32,000 bases of DNA from an archaeon (GTDB lineage: Archaea > Iainarchaeota > Iainarchaeia > Iainarchaeales > CSSED10-239), in the NCBI GenBank assembly GCA_035390665.1, contig DAOOUC010000006.1, positions 17,688-49,687 of the forward strand, read 5' to 3'. A program made the translations under genes and the position numbers. Below the pieces are notes generated by a model. The model made no database searches, was not told the DNA's origin, and saw nothing but the letters and a program-made list of their open reading frames with translations. This document shows positions 17,358 through 27,574 of the stretch, one piece after another; position 1 is the first letter of the stretch, and every line of letters begins with the position of its first letter.

Positions 17358-18593
17358 ATGTATTCAAATAGAAGTTTATATGATTATATATCTAAAGTAG
17401 ACCATAATAGAATTAAGAAATTCTCAAAAGGAAAGAAAACTCCTTTTGTAGTAATAGATCTTAAAAAAATAGAAGACAAATATGATGAACTTGCAAAACA
17501 TATACCTTATGCAAAAATCTATTTTGCAGTAAAAGCAAATCCAGAAGACGAAATAATTTCTTTACTTGATAAAAAAGGATCTAATTTTGATGTAGCAACA
17601 GTTTATGAATTAGATCAACTTTTAAAACATAAAATTTCTCCTGAAAGAATATCTTTTGGAAATACCATAAAAACAGAAAGAGATATTGCTTATGCTTACA
17701 AGAAAGGAGTAAGAATGTTTGCAACAGATGCAATTAGTGATGTTAAAAAGATTGCAAAAAATGCTCCAGGATCTAAAGTTTTCTTTAGAATAATTATGGA
17801 AGGGGGTTCAGCAGACTGGCCACTTTCTAGAAAATTCGGTGCTCATCCAGATATGATTTATCACTTAATTGTTGAAGCTAAAAGATTAGGACTAATACCT
17901 TACGGGGTATCTTTCCACGTTGGTTCTCAACAAAGAGATATTGGGCAATGGGATCAAGCAATATCACAATGTAGATATTTGTTTGATGCTGCAAGAGAAG
18001 AAGGAATTGAATTGAAATTAATAAATATGGGAGGAGGATTTCCTGCAAATTATATTAGCCCTACACATGATTTAGAAATGTATGCTAAAGAAATTACAAG
18101 ATTTATCTCTGATGACTTTGGAGAAGACTTTGCTGATAATTTAGAGATTATAATTGAACCAGGGCGTTCTTTAGTTGCAGATGCAGGAGTATTAGTTACT
18201 GAAATTGTAATGATATCTAAGAAATCATTATCTAATCAATACGATTGGGTGTATCTAGATGTCGGTAAATTTAGAGGACTTATTGAAACACTTGATGAAT
18301 CAATTAAATTTCCTATATTTACAGAAAATTACACAGTTCCACCAAAAGAAAAAGACTGTAGAGAAGTAATACTTGCAGGCCCTACTTGTGATTCTGCTGA
18401 TGTCTTATATGAAAAATATAAATACTTAATGCCTAAAAACGTAAAAGAAGGAGATAGACTTTACATTTTGACTACTGGGGCTTATACAAAAAGCTATTGT
18501 TCTATTAACTTTAATGGATTTCCACCAATCGATGTGTACTTTTTAAAAGACACAAAAAAACAAACAAATAAAAAAATTAAGAAAAAGAAATAA
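17358..18593 (+). CDS. PLP-dependent decarboxylase of the ornithine/diaminopimelate/arginine (fold III) family
   Basis: IYFAVKANP (PLP lysine), GVSFHVGSQQRD, LINMGGGFP, EPGRSLVADAG, GPTCDSADVLYEK. Confidence 0.9.
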   Translation: MYSNRSLYDYISKVDHNRIKKFSKGKKTPFVVIDLKKIEDKYDELAKHIPYAKIYFAVKANPEDEIISLLDKKGSNFDVATVYELDQLLKHKISPERISFGNTIKTERDIAYAYKKGVRMFATDAISDVKKIAKNAPGSKVFFRIIMEGGSADWPLSRKFGAHPDMIYHLIVEAKRLGLIPYGVSFHVGSQQRDIGQWDQAISQCRYLFDAAREEGIELKLINMGGGFPANYISPTHDLEMYAKEITRFISDDFGEDFADNLEIIIEPGRSLVADAGVLVTEIVMISKKSLSNQYDWVYLDVGKFRGLIETLDESIKFPIFTENYTVPPKEKDCREVILAGPTCDSADVLYEKYKYLMPKNVKEGDRLYILTTGAYTKSYCSINFNGFPPIDVYFLKDTKKQTNKKIKKKK

Positions 18594-18600
18594 TGTAGTA

Positions 18601-19197
18601 GTGAAATATATGAGTAATAAAAACAATATAAAAAAAGAAAACAAATTTAAAATTAATAAAAAACAAGTGTTTTTTGTTGTTCTAATATTGTTATTAATGA
18701 TTTCTGTTTTTGCAATAGTAATCTCTAATAAATCAAAAGTTGTTACACCTACAGAAAATTTAGAAATGAATAATCAAATAATTACTGGAGAAAGCGATAT
18801 TACAGAAACACCAGAAATTAAAACAAACACAATTGGAGTGGATTCAAAACTAGAAGACTTCTATGGTAAACCTTCATTAATTGTTTTTGCAGGCACTTAT
18901 TGTGGACATTGTGTAAAGATGATTCCAGAACTTGAAAAAGAAATATGGAATAGATATAGACTAGAAGCAAATATTTGGGTAAATGTTATTGACGGTTCAA
19001 CAGGTAAAAGATTCGATGTTAAAGATATTGCACAAGGATATAATCCTAATTTAGAATATGATAAGATAATGGGCGATTGTTCTTATGTTCCAGCTTATGT
19101 TGTTCTTGATAAAGATGGCAAACAAATCTTAAGATCCTGTGGTTCTGAAAAAACAATTACAGAAATAAAGCAAGCAATTGATAGTCAATTAAACTAA
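18601..19197 (+). CDS. membrane-anchored thioredoxin-like protein
   Basis: N-terminal TM (VFFVVLILLLMISVFAIVI) then PSLIVFAGTYCGHCVKMIPELEKE; C-terminal YVPAYVVLDKDGKQI. Confidence 0.85.
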   Translation: MKYMSNKNNIKKENKFKINKKQVFFVVLILLLMISVFAIVISNKSKVVTPTENLEMNNQIITGESDITETPEIKTNTIGVDSKLEDFYGKPSLIVFAGTYCGHCVKMIPELEKEIWNRYRLEANIWVNVIDGSTGKRFDVKDIAQGYNPNLEYDKIMGDCSYVPAYVVLDKDGKQILRSCGSEKTITEIKQAIDSQLN

Positions 19198-19271
19198 ATC
19201 ACTATTTGTTGGACAATATTTTTATTCCCACAATCTAAATTATTATAAAAAAAGAAAAAAAATATTTTTCT

Positions 19272-19508
19272 TTATTTTTTAGAAACAGTAGGTTTTTTTG
19301 CAGGTACTTGTGCCTGTCTATTCTGCTTTTCTTTTAAAGCTTCTTTGACGTCTCTTAATCTTTGTCTTTCAAAGAAATCAGCACTTTTATAAACTTCTTC
19401 GAATCTATCTCTTTTTTGAATTTTCTTTTCCAAGTCTTCTTGACATTTTGGACAATAGATTCCAAAGTTTCCTATTATTCTTCCGCAAATAATACATTTT
19501 TGTGTCAT
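19272..19508 (-). CDS. small zinc-ribbon protein
   Basis: CIICGRIIGNFGIYCPKCQ (two CxxC pairs) with a charged tail. Confidence 0.65.
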   Translation of the reverse strand: MTQKCIICGRIIGNFGIYCPKCQEDLEKKIQKRDRFEEVYKSADFFERQRLRDVKEALKEKQNRQAQVPAKKPTVSKK

Positions 19509-19581
19509 TTTCTATTACCTTCTTTTAATTATTTAATTGATATTAATATGTAACCTAATATATTTAAATACTTTTCTCTTT

Positions 19582-21057
19582 TTATTGACTATCCCCTTCT
19601 TCTCTTAAAAGTGGGAAGAGTATTACTTCTCTTATGTTTGGAGAATTGGTAAATATCATTACAAGCCTGTCTATTCCAAGACCAAGACCATAGGCTGGTG
19701 GCATACCATATTTTAAAGACTCAATAAAGTCTGTGTCTATTGGATGATTCTCTCCTTTTCCTCTTCCTTGGTCTGCTTGATCAATCATTAATGTTTCTTG
19801 AAGCATTGGATCGTTTAGTTCACTATAAATGTTTCCAGCCTCCATACCATTAACATATGGTTCATCTCTTTCTATTAGACTTGAGTCTTCTCTATGAAGC
19901 TTACATAAAGGAGTGGTTTCTTTAGGATGATCAATAATGTGAACAGGACCTAAAAGATGTTCCTCACAATAATGCTCGAAAAGCTCAGCAATGGCAAGAC
20001 CTCTCTTATAGGTTTCTAATTCTAATCTGTTCTTTGTGAGAAGATTCTTCAACTCATCATCACTTAATTTATCAACATCTACTCCGCCAAGCTCTTTTAA
20101 AGCATCTTTCATGGTTAATTTCTTCCAAGGTCTTTTAAAATCAAAAGTTTTTCCTTGATACTCTATAACGGTAGTACCATAAAGTCTTAAAGCCACAGTT
20201 TCATAGATTTCTTCAATCAAATCTATTGCAGAATTATAATCCTTATAACACTCATAACACTCAAGCATTGTAAACTCAGGATTATGAGATTTATCTATTC
20301 CTTCATTTCTGAAATTTTTACAAATTGTATAAACCTTATCAAAACCACCAACTAAAAGACGCTTTAAATAAAGTTCAGGAGAAATTGAAAGATAAAGATT
20401 TCTTTTCCATACAAAGCTTTCAGTAATGAATGGTCTAGCATTAGCACCACCATAAAGTGGTTGAAGTAAAGGAGTCTCAACTTCTAAAAACCCTCTTTTA
20501 TCTAATATTTCTCTAATTATCTTAATAATCTTAGCTCTTTTCATAAAGATTTCTCTTGATTCAAGACTTGTCATTAAATCAAGATATCTTTGTCTATATT
20601 TTAATTCAGCATCTTGAATACCGTGGAATTTTTCAGGAAGTGGTAAGAAAGCCTTAGATAGGAAAACAATATCTTTTGCATCAATTGAAAGCTCTCCTCT
20701 TTTTGTTTTAAAGACCTTTCCAGAAACTCCGATAATATCTCCAGTATCAAGTTTTCCAAATAGGTCAAAACTTTCTTTAGAAATTCCTTCTTCTTTTACA
20801 ACAATTTGAATCTTTCCGTAAGTATCATGTAAATCAATAAAAGCAATTTTGCCAAGAGACCTTAAAGAAAGAATTCTTCCAGCAACTGACGCTGTGTCTT
20901 CTGTTAAGGTATCTAATGGTAATTCTTTGTATTTTTCTTTAATGTCAATTGAATTGTGAGTTTTATTAAAAGTGTAAGGATAAGCAGTAATACCCATTTC
21001 AACTACACTATTAAAATTATTTTTTCTATTTTCTTGATATTCTTCTAATCTTCCCAT
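19582..21057 (-). CDS. lysS: lysyl-tRNA synthetase, class II
   Basis: RYLDLM, ISPELYLKRLLVGGFDKVYTICKNFRNEGID, NPEFTMLECYECYKDY, GLGLGIDRLVMIFTNSPNIREVILFPL. Confidence 0.96.
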   Translation of the reverse strand: MGRLEEYQENRKNNFNSVVEMGITAYPYTFNKTHNSIDIKEKYKELPLDTLTEDTASVAGRILSLRSLGKIAFIDLHDTYGKIQIVVKEEGISKESFDLFGKLDTGDIIGVSGKVFKTKRGELSIDAKDIVFLSKAFLPLPEKFHGIQDAELKYRQRYLDLMTSLESREIFMKRAKIIKIIREILDKRGFLEVETPLLQPLYGGANARPFITESFVWKRNLYLSISPELYLKRLLVGGFDKVYTICKNFRNEGIDKSHNPEFTMLECYECYKDYNSAIDLIEEIYETVALRLYGTTVIEYQGKTFDFKRPWKKLTMKDALKELGGVDVDKLSDDELKNLLTKNRLELETYKRGLAIAELFEHYCEEHLLGPVHIIDHPKETTPLCKLHREDSSLIERDEPYVNGMEAGNIYSELNDPMLQETLMIDQADQGRGKGENHPIDTDFIESLKYGMPPAYGLGLGIDRLVMIFTNSPNIREVILFPLLREEGDSQ

Positions 21058-21109
21058 GGTTAATCACGTTTAATATATAATATAAAAAGAAAAATAAATA
21101 TAAATGGAT

Positions 21110-24100
21110 TTATTTTTTCTTAGAATAGATTAACATAAATCCAATTAATATTATGCTTATATACATTACAAACAGTATTTTATTTTCAGGAGTTAAAGGC
21201 ACATTTAGACCATTTCCACTAGCCCCGCCACTTCCTGAGCCTATATTAAATACATTGTTTCCAGGATTTCCTGTAACTTGCCCGTTTGGATTAACAGCAA
21301 AAGTTACCCCATCTTTAAATTGATCATTAAATGGAATTAAATTACCATTTGTTGTATACCAATTACCTGTTTCTGGATCATACCAAAAAGACCCGTTCTT
21401 TCCTTGAGCAGAAAGTAAGGTTTCTTTTTCTCCATTGTAAGTAACCTTTGGAACTCCCTCTTCAGCACTAAATCCAAATTCATGTGTTTTTCCATCATCA
21501 GTTTTAACAATTAAACCATTTGGTGTTTGTTGAACAGAGGTTATTTTTGTATCTGTTACTTCTCCTGTTACTTTATCAATAATCTTTAATCTTTGTTCAC
21601 ATTCTGGTGGGTCACTTACATAGAAAATAAATGTTTTTGTTTCAGTATCAAACATTTTAAATGGTCCGACTTTTTCAAATGCTTTGTTTAGTTTATCAGT
21701 ATTTGCTTTTGCTTGATCATTGTCTTTCTCAGGAGATACATTAAATTTTAATCCTATTTCTTCAGTATCATCACAACCATTTGTTGCTTTTTCTTTAATT
21801 AATTCTGTTTTTAATTTTTCAATGTCATTTCCATGTGTTGCCGTTGTTGTTTCTACCCACATGATATATGCCTTTCTTTCTTCAACATAAACTAATTGTC
21901 CTCTTTCAAATTGCAAAGCAACATTTTGTCCAATAGTTATTTCTCTAGTATCTACTGGACTAATAGATGTCATTCTATTTCCTAAAATTACTGCTTTAGC
22001 ATTACTTCCGTTAGTTATATATCTTGGTATTCCTTCGGCCATTATCTGTGTTCCTTGAGGTTTTAACATATAGTTTGTTGCAGGATGAATTGTATTCCCT
22101 AATTTTACAGCACCTAAATATTCTGTTAGATTTGCTGCATTAGATGGTATTGTAAGTCCTGTCTGTGCTTCATAACCTGCTCTTAGACAATCAAAGAAGT
22201 CTGCATTTTTTACAGACAGATTACCAAAGGTATCAATTTCAAATAATGGTTCTGTATTATTTGGAACAGGAATATAACTTAAACTTCTTGGAACAACTTT
22301 AGCAGGAATTGCAAGATTTGTTCCTATAATTCTCACAAAATCTTTATTTTCTTGTCCAATAATTGTTTTTAAATTTCCATTTGCATCAACTACAGTCATT
22401 TCTCCTTTTTCTTTATCGATTGTAAGAGTTATATTTGTGTCTTTATCTACTAGATTTTCAACACCTTTGTCATTATAACCAATAGCATTACACTTGGTTC
22501 TTGGACCCATCTCAAAGAAAAACATTTGTCCTATTATTGTGGAATCTGTTTGTCCACTTGTTCTATATGTTGCTTGAACAATAGGGTTTTCTTTTAGTTT
22601 TTGTTCTGCAAAATCCTTTATTTGTTCTGCACCAAACTTTACTCCTTTTTCTAATTCTGTACCTTCTGTTACTTTAGATACAGCTTCTTCAACTTTTGTG
22701 ACTCCGTCTTTTACTGCTTCACCAACTTTATTTTTTGAATCTTTTGTAACTCTTTCTGATTCTACAGACGAAACAAAGAAGTGTGCATATGTTCCTTCTT
22801 CGTCATCAACACAATTATGTAATTCAGGCATAATTAAAAACATTTGAGGAACATCACTTGCAAGTGCTGGTGCTAAAAATGAACTAAAATATCCTGATGC
22901 TGGAAATACTAAGTATGCTAAATGTTGTTGAGTAACTAAAGCACCCGCAAATCTATGATTTCTCATTGATTTAGGAACTGCTTTACCAATGGACATACCT
23001 GCTAAAGTTAATGATTCTATTTTTTGAGAACAAGTTTCTTCATTTTCTCTTGCAGCTAAAAGGTTAATTGCTTTATCTGTTGTTTGATTAGAAAAGGTTC
23101 CATCATAATCTGTATGATGTGAAAAAGTAATAATTGTTTGCCCTTGCTTCTTATAATTCTCTTCAGAAGTATTTTCTAAAATATAATTCAAAGTGTTAAT
23201 GCTTGGTGGAGTAGATGTTGTTATAGTTATTTGATTTAAAGAAATACTTGGTCGATAATTTTCTGTTTTTTTAGTTTCTGGAACAGTTGTTTCTTCTTTT
23301 GCTGTTTCTGCTTCTTTTGAAGTGCCATCCTCTGTAGTTTCTTCTTTTATTGTTTCTATAGGTGTTTCTTCTGTAACAATTGTTGGAAGCTCTGGCGAAT
23401 TTTCAACTTCTTTTTCTGCATCTGTTTTTTCTGGTTCAATCATTCCAACTTCCATTAACATAGAAGCATTTCTTGTTTCTTGATTAATATATTCTGCACC
23501 TACAACATAATTACATTGATCAATACATGCATTATCTAGATTATTAGTTACAAGAACAATATCGTCTGTTTTAGATCTTCTAATTTGGCCTTCAGTTACT
23601 TTCTTTAAAACATTATTTAAAGACTGTGCCCAATCTGCTGTAATTGTCCCTGTAATTTCTTTTGCTAAGTAATTAGACCAGTTAAGTCCTGAATTTAAAA
23701 ATTGCATAAAAAGATCTCCTTGATCTGATCCTTCATTTGCAAAGAAATCAACATACGCATCTTCATAAATTTTTTGAGTAGCTCCGTGTTTGATATGGAA
23801 AGCAGAATAACTTTCAGGTAATTGATACATAGAATATTTGGTTAATCCAAACGTATCTCCAAATAATGTTGCACCACCGGTTTTAAATTCCCAATATGCA
23901 AAATTAATTCCAAACGCCATTGGATTTTGAGTAAGTAATCTTTGATATGCAGCACCATTATATGTTCTCATAAACTGATTTAAAGTATCTCTTCCTCTTC
24001 CGCTCACCCATTCTTTATTACTCATTGTGGTAAAAACTTCATTGAAACTTTTTGCAGTATTATCAAACTTTGTTGGAACATTATCCATTACTTGTTTCAT

Positions 24101-26233
24101 TGTTTCAAGTGGATCTAAATCATAATATCCTTTACCATATACATCACTGATCTTTTTACCTGTTGCTTTATCAATATAATCATCAACAAATTGAGTTGTA
24201 GTTTTTGGATAAAAATCAATGTCTGTTGCAACACCAGTATATTTTGCTGGATCCCAATCAATTGATCTTATTTCTTTAAATGTTTTATCACTTACATCAA
24301 AATATCTTATATATCCATTTGGATAATTATCAACATAATTTTGTACATCAGATAATTTTACTTTCTTTACTACATTAGATGGATCTGGACCTTGAACAAC
24401 AGTTCTTATTCTTTTTGCAGAAATTGGGGTTCCATCAGCTAAAGTAACAGTAACATTTTGTGTTTGAAGACCTCCTGATCCTTTTATATCATAACCTGTT
24501 GCTGTTTTCTTATATCTAAAAGCATCAAAATCTTCTCCAAATGGTTTATTTTCTTGTATAAGTTTTCCTGTGGTGTGACCGTCTGTTGATTTATAAACAT
24601 TTAAGTTATCAAAATCACCATAAGTTCTTGCACTTACTACAGAAGAATCTTCATATCCGGATTTCCATTTAAATGTCTTAAATGTTGCAATATCATAAGA
24701 ATCTGCAAGTCTTGAAGCAGTATATGCTGCATCAGTATAGGCATCTAATTGTGCTTTTGTTAATTTCTTATATGCTTCAGTTATTGGCAATCCATCAGCA
24801 ACAACTTTATCAATAGTGTTCTTTGCTGCCAAAAAATCAGGAGTAATCATTTTAGATTTTAATAATGCATTAGCAGAATATACTCTGTCTCCAAAAATTT
24901 GAGCAACATCTGTTGCTGCTCTTCTTTGTGCTTTAGATAATTTATAACTATCATTAGCAATGCTTTTTAATGCAAAGCCAGAAGTCTCTCCCATACCTTT
25001 TTGAGTATTACCTAATAAATCTGTTGTGAATTCTTGTATATTATAATTCTGAATATCTCTTTTTGTTAGATTAGAAAGAGGTTCCATTTTCTGTGTAATA
25101 AATTTATCAACATCACTTTTTGCAAATCTTCCAGCATCTAATGATTTTTTTATTCTACCAAAAGGATCTTGAACAAACAACGCAGGATCTTTTGTTAAAG
25201 TATCTAAAAATCCACCCTCTTTAATTATTCCTTTCTTCTTTAAATAATCATAAGGTTTTGTTAATGTTTTTTTTATTGAAGGATGATTTGCAATTCTTGC
25301 CATTCCATTATAAATAAAAGGACTTGTTGCACTATAAACCATGTCTACAGAAAAATATTGATTAAACATCTTGTCAAATAAAGTATAGGTATTAATATAA
25401 CAGTTTTCTCCTCTACAAGTTGTTTGCATACTTACAGAAAAATTATTAGTTATTGTAGTGTTCTTTACTGCTTTATCTTTTGTAGCAGTCCATAATTCTG
25501 TATCTATTGCATTTTGATCATTTGATTCCATTGTACTTAAATATGTGTTTAGTTCAGTATTTGTAATATCAGAAAATGCACCTAAATTTTCAGTATATGA
25601 CTTATTTTCATCTTTATTACTATCAATATTAATTGTTTCTTTAATTGCTTGAATTGCATCTTTACCTACAACTCCAACTTCTTTAAAAAATCCGGTAATG
25701 TCATTTTTTCTATATTGTCCAACATCTGTTAAATAACATTGACTATCATTATCTTTTCCAGTACATCTTCCCACTCTTAATGTATCTTTTAAATTTAAAC
25801 CCATTTCATAAGGGCCATAACAAGACTGTCCTAATATTGTTGGTGTTTCTAATGGATTCATTAATTTTGATGGAATTTCTTGCTTTATTGCAAGATCTCC
25901 TGCTTTTGCATTAGGATCTGTAAGAAGAATATTATTTTGATCTAGTGTTTGCCTATTATTATTTGCGGCTTGATCAGACGTTATTTCATCTGCAGAAAAA
26001 CCTTTAGTTAATATCTCTTTCCATAAAGCATTAACTGAACTTTCTGGAAGTTCAACAGTTGCACAACCATTTCCACGATCAAAAATTTCTTTTTGTTCTT
26101 GTGGTTGTGAATCTGCAAAATAAAGTGTATCAGAATTATTTAATCTATCAAAATCAACACCAGATGCAAATATACTATTGCAAAAAAGTATTAAAAAGAA
26201 AATCATTATTGCGTTTTTTGTTTTTGAATTCAT
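21110..26233 (-). CDS. giant secreted/surface protein (1707 aa) with signal peptide and C-terminal TM anchor
   Basis: N-terminus MNSKTKNAIMIFFLILFCNSIFASG is a signal peptide. C-terminus ENKILFVMYISIILIGFMLIYSKKK is a TM anchor with a basic tail. Many paired cysteines and a Glu/Thr-rich linker. Confidence 0.9.
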   Translation of the reverse strand: MNSKTKNAIMIFFLILFCNSIFASGVDFDRLNNSDTLYFADSQPQEQKEIFDRGNGCATVELPESSVNALWKEILTKGFSADEITSDQAANNNRQTLDQNNILLTDPNAKAGDLAIKQEIPSKLMNPLETPTILGQSCYGPYEMGLNLKDTLRVGRCTGKDNDSQCYLTDVGQYRKNDITGFFKEVGVVGKDAIQAIKETINIDSNKDENKSYTENLGAFSDITNTELNTYLSTMESNDQNAIDTELWTATKDKAVKNTTITNNFSVSMQTTCRGENCYINTYTLFDKMFNQYFSVDMVYSATSPFIYNGMARIANHPSIKKTLTKPYDYLKKKGIIKEGGFLDTLTKDPALFVQDPFGRIKKSLDAGRFAKSDVDKFITQKMEPLSNLTKRDIQNYNIQEFTTDLLGNTQKGMGETSGFALKSIANDSYKLSKAQRRAATDVAQIFGDRVYSANALLKSKMITPDFLAAKNTIDKVVADGLPITEAYKKLTKAQLDAYTDAAYTASRLADSYDIATFKTFKWKSGYEDSSVVSARTYGDFDNLNVYKSTDGHTTGKLIQENKPFGEDFDAFRYKKTATGYDIKGSGGLQTQNVTVTLADGTPISAKRIRTVVQGPDPSNVVKKVKLSDVQNYVDNYPNGYIRYFDVSDKTFKEIRSIDWDPAKYTGVATDIDFYPKTTTQFVDDYIDKATGKKISDVYGKGYYDLDPLETMKQVMDNVPTKFDNTAKSFNEVFTTMSNKEWVSGRGRDTLNQFMRTYNGAAYQRLLTQNPMAFGINFAYWEFKTGGATLFGDTFGLTKYSMYQLPESYSAFHIKHGATQKIYEDAYVDFFANEGSDQGDLFMQFLNSGLNWSNYLAKEITGTITADWAQSLNNVLKKVTEGQIRRSKTDDIVLVTNNLDNACIDQCNYVVGAEYINQETRNASMLMEVGMIEPEKTDAEKEVENSPELPTIVTEETPIETIKEETTEDGTSKEAETAKEETTVPETKKTENYRPSISLNQITITTSTPPSINTLNYILENTSEENYKKQGQTIITFSHHTDYDGTFSNQTTDKAINLLAARENEETCSQKIESLTLAGMSIGKAVPKSMRNHRFAGALVTQQHLAYLVFPASGYFSSFLAPALASDVPQMFLIMPELHNCVDDEEGTYAHFFVSSVESERVTKDSKNKVGEAVKDGVTKVEEAVSKVTEGTELEKGVKFGAEQIKDFAEQKLKENPIVQATYRTSGQTDSTIIGQMFFFEMGPRTKCNAIGYNDKGVENLVDKDTNITLTIDKEKGEMTVVDANGNLKTIIGQENKDFVRIIGTNLAIPAKVVPRSLSYIPVPNNTEPLFEIDTFGNLSVKNADFFDCLRAGYEAQTGLTIPSNAANLTEYLGAVKLGNTIHPATNYMLKPQGTQIMAEGIPRYITNGSNAKAVILGNRMTSISPVDTREITIGQNVALQFERGQLVYVEERKAYIMWVETTTATHGNDIEKLKTELIKEKATNGCDDTEEIGLKFNVSPEKDNDQAKANTDKLNKAFEKVGPFKMFDTETKTFIFYVSDPPECEQRLKIIDKVTGEVTDTKITSVQQTPNGLIVKTDDGKTHEFGFSAEEGVPKVTYNGEKETLLSAQGKNGSFWYDPETGNWYTTNGNLIPFNDQFKDGVTFAVNPNGQVTGNPGNNVFNIGSGSGGASGNGLNVPLTPENKILFVMYISIILIGFMLIYSKKK

Positions 26234-26244
26234 TTATTTCACTT

Positions 26245-26769
26245 TTACATATATATTAAATATAAAATTATAACAGGTAATTTGGGGAAAACAAGTAATA
26301 CAAATGCAATTATTACAAATAAAACAAATGTAAAACTTTTCCAAAGATTAAAGAAAGACAATCCTTGTTCTTTTTTCTTTTTTATTTTTGTTTTCTTGGA
26401 TTTAGTTAAATTATCATAAATCAAAGAAATGAACATTCCTATAATTAAGACTATTGCAGAGAATAATGCAGAAATAATAATTAATCTAGCTAAATGGAAT
26501 AAAATAAAACCAATAGCATCTAAAAATGTAAATTCTGAAAATTTACTTAATATTGGGATAAAATATAAAAATATTAAAATAACATAATTTAGGATAAAAA
26601 CACACAAAAACAAGGACAATACAAAATTATATTTTTTATTAAACCTTAAAAATAAACCCTTAAAAGCATAAGTTACGCCAATAAATGGCAAAGAGATTAT
26701 TGCTGAAAATAAAAATAATTTAATAAAAACCCAAACATAATTTAATATTGTTGCAAAAAATCCTGCCAT
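26245..26769 (-). CDS. multi-pass membrane protein upstream of the giant protein gene
   Basis: 174 aa, mostly hydrophobic, same strand, 11-bp gap. Confidence 0.7.
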   Translation of the reverse strand: MAGFFATILNYVWVFIKLFLFSAIISLPFIGVTYAFKGLFLRFNKKYNFVLSLFLCVFILNYVILIFLYFIPILSKFSEFTFLDAIGFILFHLARLIIISALFSAIVLIIGMFISLIYDNLTKSKKTKIKKKKEQGLSFFNLWKSFTFVLFVIIAFVLLVFPKLPVIILYLIYM

Positions 26770-26854
26770 TTTATCACTTTTTAATTCTAAAATATAATAT
26801 ATATATTAACATTATATTTTTAAATATTATATACTACTACATTTATGTAAGAAA

Positions 26855-27574
26855 GTGAAAAATATGGACGTAGATTTAAAAAATATCAAAAGAAGAGAAC
26901 GAAGATTCTATAGAACCTATAATGATAATGGGGAAATTAAATATGTTGATAAACAAACAAAAACCCCAGAATCAGTAACTGTACAAAAATCAGAAGATAT
27001 TAAAATTAAACAAACAGAAGAAAAGAGTAAGGAAATTAATACTCAAGACAAAAAAGAAATAATAGATAAGATACTTTTCGAAATGAATAAAAGCATAAAT
27101 CCTAATATTGATGAAATTTCGGAAGTCATTTATTCTCAATTAACTAATAATAATATTGAGGTTAGTCAAGAAACAGTAAAACATGTAGTTGAAGAAAATG
27201 CTCATGTGAGAAGATCAAGAAGACAAGAAGACAAGGCCGAATCAAAAGAAGGTTTTGATTATTTAAATGATAGAAAAGAAATGGAACTTGTTTTAGATAA
27301 TATTGTAGAAGAAAATATAAAAGAACAAACAAGAGAAAAAAATAAACCTAAAATTGAAAAACCTGTTATTGAGAAAAAAACAGAAACTCATTCTAGAAGA
27401 GATAAAAAACCTGAAGAAAAAACAAAAGTTGAAGAGAAACCTGAAAAGAAAAAAGAAGATACTTCTAAAACAAAAACCAAAGTCAAAAAAGAAGAAGAAT
27501 TTAAATTAGATTTTGGAGATGAAGATTCTGAAGTAGATGATCAATCAGATGACGATTTAGGACTTAAATTTTAA
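26855..27574 (+). CDS. highly charged cytosolic protein, unknown function
   Basis: 239 aa, Lys/Glu-rich and low-complexity with an acidic C-terminus (DFGDEDSEVDDQSDDDLGLKF). Divergent from the giant protein operon. Confidence 0.6.
   Translation: MKNMDVDLKNIKRRERRFYRTYNDNGEIKYVDKQTKTPESVTVQKSEDIKIKQTEEKSKEINTQDKKEIIDKILFEMNKSINPNIDEISEVIYSQLTNNNIEVSQETVKHVVEENAHVRRSRRQEDKAESKEGFDYLNDRKEMELVLDNIVEENIKEQTREKNKPKIEKPVIEKKTETHSRRDKKPEEKTKVEEKPEKKKEDTSKTKTKVKKEEEFKLDFGDEDSEVDDQSDDDLGLKF

Noticed and set aside
19362-19553. 63-aa plus-strand ORF
   Set aside because: Antisense to the zinc-ribbon gene, with no support of its own.
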